A stretch of 63,998 nucleotides of DNA, the filler included, from Stramenopiles sp. TOSAG23-2 (lineage: Eukaryota): the NCBI GenBank assembly GCA_900128395.1. It is 8 parts of 8 records of this genome, joined end to end, with 100 filler letters (N's around TTAATTAATTAA, not from the genome) between each part and the next. Parts side by side here need not be neighbours in the genome. Positions count along the whole stretch, not along the records: positions 56,186 to 63,998 come from LT650272.1; 7 more parts are not named here. One strand, written 5' to 3'. A program made the translations under genes and the position numbers. Below are positions 57,610-63,998 of the stretch, piece by piece. The notes beneath the pieces were generated by a model. The model saw only the letters and a list, made by a program, of their open reading frames with translations. It was not told where the DNA came from and ran no database searches. How positions within the stretch are numbered: the first letter of the stretch is position 1; each line of letters begins with the position of its first letter.

Positions 57610-58473
57610 TCAATGCAAACTTCCAGCTGCCCCTTTCCCTTGAAGAAGAACCGAGCTAACGAACCATCCTACTAAATATGCCAATGCGGCAACACCACCA
57701 CCAAGAACAAACATTTCCATCCCTGCATTAAACCAATTTTGATTTGTAAATTTGGATTTTGTTACCCCCAGTCCAAATAAACATATGGAAGTCAATACAC
57801 AGGCTATGATAAACCTTTCATGAACATACAATTCGACTGAGTATAAGATGGCATATGCAAGGAGAGGAATAGTACCAAAAAGGACAAATGATGTGAACGT
57901 AACTGCACCATCAATCCATGGGTTGTCATCCTCATCTGGCACTTGAAGCTCCAACTCTTCTGCCATCATGACATTTATGAAAAAATCATCATACTTTGCC
58001 ATGATTTTTATGATTTGTTCCGCCTCTGCACGTGGTAATCCTTTTGCTTCATAAAGATCCACCATTTCCTCGATTTCTCCTTCTTTGTTATTTTCCAGTT
58101 CCCATTCTTCCCGACGTTTTTCTGCTAATATATATTCATTTTCTGCTTTAGAGGACAATGCATCACCGACGCCCATTGATATAGCATCTGCAATCACGGA
58201 AGAAAATCCTAAAATTAAAATAACATCAACCGATAAACCACCACCAGCGGCGCCGCTCACAACCGCAAATGTTGTGATTATGCCATCTAATCCTCCAAAG
58301 ACTAAAGATTTTATATGTCCCCCAACTTTGGAATGATCTTCATTATGACCAATTTTATTATCATGTGCTGCAATACTTAACTCAACGTCATTTTTTGCAT
58401 ATGCTTCCCTTGCATCTTTTAACGATCGCATTTCAAGCGTGTTATTTGATCCATTTCCAAATTCATGCGTCAT
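57610..58473 (-). CDS. VIT1: VIT1/CCC1 vacuolar Fe2+/Mn2+ transporter
   Basis: VFGGLDGIITTFAVV, ADAISMGVGD, an acidic metal-binding loop (EKRREEWELENNKEGEIEEM...MMAEEL) and SFVLFGTIPLL; five TM segments. Confidence 0.93.
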   Translation of the reverse strand: MTHEFGNGSNNTLEMRSLKDAREAYAKNDVELSIAAHDNKIGHNEDHSKVGGHIKSLVFGGLDGIITTFAVVSGAAGGGLSVDVILILGFSSVIADAISMGVGDALSSKAENEYILAEKRREEWELENNKEGEIEEMVDLYEAKGLPRAEAEQIIKIMAKYDDFFINVMMAEELELQVPDEDDNPWIDGAVTFTSFVLFGTIPLLAYAILYSVELYVHERFIIACVLTSICLFGLGVTKSKFTNQNWFNAGMEMFVLGGGVAALAYLVGWFVSSVLLQGKGAAGSLH

Positions 58474-59317
58474 TATGTATGCTATTATTTAAAATATTAT
58501 TTTGATTAACTTCGTCTGGATATTATTAAATAATAAAAAGTTTTTGTTTTGTTTTGTATGACGTGAATTTGTTTTATATTTTCTTCTTTGTTTACCCACT
58601 ACTGTATTGTTCCTACTACGATATTTAAAATGAAACACGTGTGGCATATCTATACACACACTCACGCACACACACGTTCATCAAACACATGTAAAAATAT
58701 AAATATATTTCAATAGTCTAATAATAAAATAATATTTTAGCCAGAAAAAATGTAGAAATATCACAGTTCTATTTGCATGCTACAGTAAATAGCCGCCAGC
58801 TGGCCAGCCTTAGGGTTAAAAAAATTCATTTATATATTCAGCTTCAGTTATTTGAAATTATTTCGTGCTTTCCTATCAAACGTGCCAACCTTTTAATTCG
58901 AATTTATCAATATTTGGATTCTCAGGAAACCCCGCTATGCTATTCGCATATACATTATGGCAGCGCGATTATAATTTGTATATTTTATTTTTTAAAATCG
59001 TAATTGAAAAATTGGTATACTAATTTGTACTTACATTAATATTTCAATTAAGTCAGAGTTTTATAGGAGTGTGAAAAAAATAATAATGTGGATAGAAGAA
59101 GAAATAAACTACTCGATAGAAGTCAAATTTAATATTATACTCAAACTATACTGTGCTGTATGTCATTGTTTTAGTATTGACATGTTGAATGTGTTGATAT
59201 AAATAACTAACGGGAATAACAACTGATAATAATTGTGTGTCTCTGTGTGTACCTGTGTGTGTGTGTGTGTGTGTGTGTGCGTGCGCGTTTCGATCTGCGT
59301 ACATATAAATAAGTATA

Positions 59318-62300
59318 ATGAGTAGCAATACAACCACCAATGATGAAAAAGGTATCATCCTGAATGAGGATAATACTAAAGTTAGCACTTCTACTAATGA
59401 TATTACCAACAAAGTATTTGATGAGGAAAAAACTACTATCACAAAAAACGATATAAATATTAAAATTAATGATAATAATAATGACGATGATGATGAGGAA
59501 AAGAAAGTTGAGGGACAATCAAAATCCAATCAAACAACTGAACATAAATTCATACCAAAATGTAATATTTTTGAATTTATACAACAAAATAAAACACGTA
59601 TATCAGTGGCTTTTATGTTTATAATTGGCCTTTCCATCTTGTTGGGGGTAGTTTTTGCTCCAAAACCTACTGTAAGAAAATATTATATTGCTGCGGAAGA
59701 TACACTATGGGATTATGCACCAGACAATCAAGATACATGTGCTGGTAGTACATTTGAATACCCAGCAACAAAATATACATCCAAACATTTCGGTAATTTA
59801 AATTATACTAAAAATTTTAATAACCGTATTGGGTTGAAATATATAAAAGCAAAATTTGTGGAATACACAGATGAGACCTTTACCACCCGAAAAAAACGTA
59901 GTGAAGAGTGGAAACATCTCGGTTTGCTTGGTCCAGTCATTCGTGCAGAAACTGGTGATCAAATACAAGTTGTCTTTCGTAACAATGCACGTTTTCCATT
60001 TTCCATCAGCCCAAATGATGGCCTTCAATTTACGAAATCTGGAGAAGGAAAAAATTACAATGATGGAACTTCATGGATCAAAGATTTAAAGGATAATGGA
60101 TTAAAACCATTTTCTTTACGGCAATCAACATGTCTTGGGTTTTCGACTTCACGTGGTGTACGTCCATGCCAACTGTATAAAGTATTGAATGGGGAGCAAT
60201 ATACCTATGTATGGAATGTAAATGAAGGGGCATTGCGAGGCACGAATGCATCTTCAGCTGCTTTTATGTATACATCAAGCCGTGACATGGAACATGATTT
60301 GAATGCTGGTTTAATGGGACCAATCATCATTACAAAGAAAGGATTTGCTGCAAACCCAAGTTCAAAGAATTTAAATCCCAATGATGTAGACAGAGAATTT
60401 GTAATGGTTTTCCATGCTGTGGATGAAAATCACTCACCATATTTAAGTGCAAATATATATGCAAATATAATAAAACCAACGATGGCTAAAAATGCTAAAC
60501 CAGGTTACATTTCATTTAGTTACTTAGATAAACCACGTGTACTACAAGCATTAGTAAATTATGCAACATCTGGGACATCGAAAATTTCATATACAAAAGC
60601 AACAGAACTTGTTGATGAATCAATTCAATCCCATAAGCCAGTTTATATTGTGGAGGGAAGGCCGATTCATATACGGTTTGATCAAGATTCCTTTAATCCA
60701 TTGCAATACGACGAGGCAAATGGTGGCCATGGCTCCGCAAAACGTGTTGTGCAAAAATTGATTGAAACTCTCATCGACAAGGAATCATCAAGTTTTCATG
60801 AATCAAATGTAATGCATGGTGTGAACGGGTATATATACTGTAACCAAAAAGGTTTAAAAATGTATGAAGGGGAAAAAGTTAGGTGGTATACTATTGTTGT
60901 AGGAAGTGCAATGGATATACATACACCACATTGGCATGGGAATACTGTGTTAGTTGAAGGGAAAAGATATGACGAGTTGGATTTGATTCCTGGTTTATCT
61001 CTCAGTGCTGATATGCATGCGACGAATAAAGGCAAATGGTTGTTTCATTGCCACGTTAATGATCATCTTCAAGCCGGTATGACTTCTCTTTATGAAGTTT
61101 CAAATCGTACTGCGATTACCAGTACCAGCAGCAGTGGTATAGAGAGAGAATATTTCATTGCTGCGGAAGAAGTTGATTGGGATTACCTCCCAGGTGGCAA
61201 AGATGAATGTGGTAGTTACATCAGTAGTAATAATGCAACTACAAATTGGGTGTTGGACAAATATTTTAACAATGTGAACTACGCTTCAATAGGTGGAAGA
61301 AAGGTTAAGAAAGTACGATATATTGAATATACAGATAACACTTTTTCTACGAAAAAAATTCAACCTGAACATTTTGGTATTTTGGGCCCTGTGATACGTG
61401 CAGTGGTAGGAGACAATATCAAAGTACACTTTAAAAACCGTGCCCGTTTCCCATTTTCGATTCATCCACACGGTGTATTTTATGGAAAAGATTCAGAAGG
61501 GGCAAATTACAACGATGGAACAACTTTTGTTGCAGATGGTGCGGTTGCACCAAATAAAACCTATACGTACATATGGACAGTCCCAGAAGACGCTGGTCCT
61601 GGTCCGAAAGATTTAAGCAGCAAGTTATGGATGTATCATAGCCACGTATCTGAAACGAATGATACTAATTCTGGGTTGATTGGGCCTATTGTTATTACGC
61701 GCAAAAATATGGCAACGTCACGACTTCGTCTATGGCCAAAAGATATTGACCAAGATGTTTTCCTTTTATTTAATGTTTTTGATGAGAAAAAAAGTAAATA
61801 TTTAAATATAAACGTGGATGAAAATGTAATGTATATCGATGGTACTGTTGAAGGAGCTGGAGGAACACAAAAAATTTCAAAAGCAAGTATGACCACAACA
61901 GCATGGCAATCTGCAATGAAAAATTTAAAACATGATCCCACGTTTCACAGGTACAGTATGAAACATACAATAAATGGTAGAGCTCTATGTACATTAAAGG
62001 GGCTTGATGGTTTTAAAAAAGGGGAGAAAATTCGTTGGAATATTTTTTCAATTGGTGACGAAATTGATCTTCATGTACCAACATGGAAAGGTCACAAAGT
62101 GGTTGACACATCATCTCAGATACGCAGCAATGCCTTACTTATTCCCAGTTCCATGAAAAGTGTTGATACTGTTATGAAACCAGGTAATTGGCCTTTGGTT
62201 GATTTCCCTGAAAATCATAATTTACTTGGTGCACGTGCATTGTTTAAAGTAAGTGGTACAGAGGAGATAGAGATGGTAACAAAGGAAGAGGCGAAAACCG

Positions 62301-63484
62301 TACGTTATTTCATAGCTGCAGATGAAGTAGAATGGGATTACGCGCCAGAAAAAAGAAATAATTGTAAAAAAGAAAGCGAGAGTGCATTTTCCGGAGAAGA
62401 AACAGTAGCAACAGAACAAGGTTATCAACGAATAGGCACGAAATATATTAAATCAATATATCGTGAGTATAAAAGTGAAAAATTTCAATTTTTACGTTGG
62501 GGAGCAAACTCTCGGTTTAACCCTGCATCAGCCCATCTTGGTTTGCTTGGCCCAGTTGTAAAAGCTGCTGTTGGGGAAACTATTGAAATTGTCTTTCGAA
62601 ATAATTTAAAAGCAGCTGTATCATTGGTTCCATTGAGTGGGCCACTTGTCCCGTTGAAAGAAGTAGAGGCTTTAAATGATAAACAACGTCAATTTGTTGC
62701 AGCAGGCGAACGAAGACGTTTGCATGGTGCGCACGGTGGCCCAGACAATTTTATGCATGAGGAACAAACGATTTATGATGGGGATCGTAAACCATTTGAA
62801 GTTTGCCCTGGTGGAGAAATTAAAATGACCATACCTGTTACAACAGATGCTGGGCCGTTACCAGATGAGGATAAGGATAGTGGTGATGGCGGTAGTAGTA
62901 GTAGTAATGAGCAGAGTACTGCAATTTATTTGTATGGATCCGATGTTGATTCAGTTCGTGATTTAAACTCTGGTCTTATTGGAACTATTTTGATATACAA
63001 TGAAAAACATGCTGGACGCAAAGACCAATTGCCAAAAGGAATTCATAGGGAAATGATTACTTTATTTACCACATTTGATGAAAACCTAAGTCGATATATT
63101 AAAATGAATGCATTAAAATATGCAAAAGAGGGCGAGACTATAAATTTTCTAGACCCAGATTTTAAAGAATCAAATCGTATGCGTAGTATTAATGGGTTTA
63201 TGTATTGCAATACGCCGTCTCCGGAAATAAAACAACATAAACGAGTAAGGTGGTACCAGATTGTTTTAGGTTCAAGCGATGCAGTTCATGTACCCACAAT
63301 ATCAGGATTAACTAGTGGCGCTGGTAGTGAAATGACTATAATAGGACCTGGTATGACCCATATAAAAGATTTTACAGCTGATAATTATGGAAAGTGGTTG
63401 TTGCACGATGCAGTGGTTGATCAAACAAGTCAAGGAATGTCAATGTTGGTGGATATTACGGAAGTGCTGCATTCAGGGGCGTGA
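59318..63484 (+). CDS. Six-domain ceruloplasmin/hephaestin/FOX1-like multicopper oxidase (putative ferroxidase), N-terminally anchored
   Basis: Three repeats of YYIAAE..WDY.P / HLGLLGPVIRA..GD, plus MCO ligand motifs HTPHWH, HCHVNDHLQAGM, HPH and HSH. One TM helix near residues 95-115. Confidence 0.9.
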   Translation: MSSNTTTNDEKGIILNEDNTKVSTSTNDITNKVFDEEKTTITKNDINIKINDNNNDDDDEEKKVEGQSKSNQTTEHKFIPKCNIFEFIQQNKTRISVAFMFIIGLSILLGVVFAPKPTVRKYYIAAEDTLWDYAPDNQDTCAGSTFEYPATKYTSKHFGNLNYTKNFNNRIGLKYIKAKFVEYTDETFTTRKKRSEEWKHLGLLGPVIRAETGDQIQVVFRNNARFPFSISPNDGLQFTKSGEGKNYNDGTSWIKDLKDNGLKPFSLRQSTCLGFSTSRGVRPCQLYKVLNGEQYTYVWNVNEGALRGTNASSAAFMYTSSRDMEHDLNAGLMGPIIITKKGFAANPSSKNLNPNDVDREFVMVFHAVDENHSPYLSANIYANIIKPTMAKNAKPGYISFSYLDKPRVLQALVNYATSGTSKISYTKATELVDESIQSHKPVYIVEGRPIHIRFDQDSFNPLQYDEANGGHGSAKRVVQKLIETLIDKESSSFHESNVMHGVNGYIYCNQKGLKMYEGEKVRWYTIVVGSAMDIHTPHWHGNTVLVEGKRYDELDLIPGLSLSADMHATNKGKWLFHCHVNDHLQAGMTSLYEVSNRTAITSTSSSGIEREYFIAAEEVDWDYLPGGKDECGSYISSNNATTNWVLDKYFNNVNYASIGGRKVKKVRYIEYTDNTFSTKKIQPEHFGILGPVIRAVVGDNIKVHFKNRARFPFSIHPHGVFYGKDSEGANYNDGTTFVADGAVAPNKTYTYIWTVPEDAGPGPKDLSSKLWMYHSHVSETNDTNSGLIGPIVITRKNMATSRLRLWPKDIDQDVFLLFNVFDEKKSKYLNINVDENVMYIDGTVEGAGGTQKISKASMTTTAWQSAMKNLKHDPTFHRYSMKHTINGRALCTLKGLDGFKKGEKIRWNIFSIGDEIDLHVPTWKGHKVVDTSSQIRSNALLIPSSMKSVDTVMKPGNWPLVDFPENHNLLGARALFKVSGTEEIEMVTKEEAKTVRYFIAADEVEWDYAPEKRNNCKKESESAFSGEETVATEQGYQRIGTKYIKSIYREYKSEKFQFLRWGANSRFNPASAHLGLLGPVVKAAVGETIEIVFRNNLKAAVSLVPLSGPLVPLKEVEALNDKQRQFVAAGERRRLHGAHGGPDNFMHEEQTIYDGDRKPFEVCPGGEIKMTIPVTTDAGPLPDEDKDSGDGGSSSSNEQSTAIYLYGSDVDSVRDLNSGLIGTILIYNEKHAGRKDQLPKGIHREMITLFTTFDENLSRYIKMNALKYAKEGETINFLDPDFKESNRMRSINGFMYCNTPSPEIKQHKRVRWYQIVLGSSDAVHVPTISGLTSGAGSEMTIIGPGMTHIKDFTADNYGKWLLHDAVVDQTSQGMSMLVDITEVLHSGA

Positions 63485-63559
63485 AAATGCATGTTTCTAA
63501 TATATTAATATTCATAATTTATTTACTTGAGTATGTAAATATTCAAATGCGCTGTAACT

Positions 63560-63862
63560 TTAAATTACTGCTTTACGTGTCATCTCTGCACCACCATTTT
63601 CCACTACTACCTTCACCTTTTCCGCGTGGATCCTATTTTTTCTCCTCTGCCCTCGTTTCCAACACTTCATGACGACTGACATACAGTATTTATCCCATCC
63701 TGCTTTGTCATACGATGGACACAGCACTAATATTAATGCTATTTCATGCTGTATTGCTCCATATTCCTTAGCAAATCTGGACCATTGATAAGTGCATACT
63801 GGTATACCTTCTGCCATATTTAACTGGGGACAACCACAAAAATTAGATATAAGTACTATCAC
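63560..63862 (-). CDS. Small hypothetical ORF
   Basis: 100-aa ORF convergent with the oxidase; no recognised family. Confidence 0.25.
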   Translation of the reverse strand: MIVLISNFCGCPQLNMAEGIPVCTYQWSRFAKEYGAIQHEIALILVLCPSYDKAGWDKYCMSVVMKCWKRGQRRKNRIHAEKVKVVVENGGAEMTRKAVI

Positions 63863-63998
63863 ATTCTAATATAGATAGATAGATCGTATAACAGGAAATT
63901 AGTCCATTGCTATATTAACAACAACCATATAAAAAAAAAATACAATTGTATTTATTAATTATATAATCACATATATACATATATATTTATATATAACA

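Noticed and set aside
58635-58642. ACACGTGT palindrome in the VIT1/MCO promoter as an iron-response element
   Set aside because: The same 8-mer also occurs at about 18511, 25606 and 48406 near unrelated genes, so it is not specific.
1-63998. Alternative genetic code, rRNA/tRNA genes or an autonomous transposase
   Set aside because: Conserved genes translate fully and end at TAA, TAG or TGA under the standard code. I recognised no structural RNA or transposase motifs by eye.

Overview
This is AT-rich eukaryotic DNA using the standard code, probably from a heterotrophic protist such as a marine stramenopile SAG/MAG (inferred). It is not one locus: eight unrelated ~7.9 kb contigs are joined by seven artificial 100-nt spacers (N44-TTAATTAATTAA-N44), so gene neighbourhoods only mean something within a contig. 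Recognisable genes include ZNF598/Hel2, an ML/NPC2 protein, a TMEM87/GPR107-type 7TM protein, GH27 alpha-N-acetylgalactosaminidase, cactin, an AIG1/FAR-17a-like protein, Abraxas, ATG5, a partial GH92, calpain, a TFIIS-M/SPOC protein, a WW-methyltransferase-ankyrin fusion, catalytic ALDH16, a Pmp-repeat/Cys-rich/multi-TM receptor, VIT1/CCC1 and a six-domain multicopper oxidase. Highlights: (1) a head-to-head VIT1 + membrane-anchored ceruloplasmin/FOX1-like oxidase pair, whose only complete copper centre lies at the domain 2/3 interface; (2) a 15-exon Pro-rich C2/EF-hand gene whose first 11 introns all sit in phase 0 between two Pro codons, with microexons and a triplicated exon-intron unit; (3) several MITE-like elements; (4) a perfect 7.9 kb palindromic contig and many short tandem duplications, most likely amplification or assembly artefacts.
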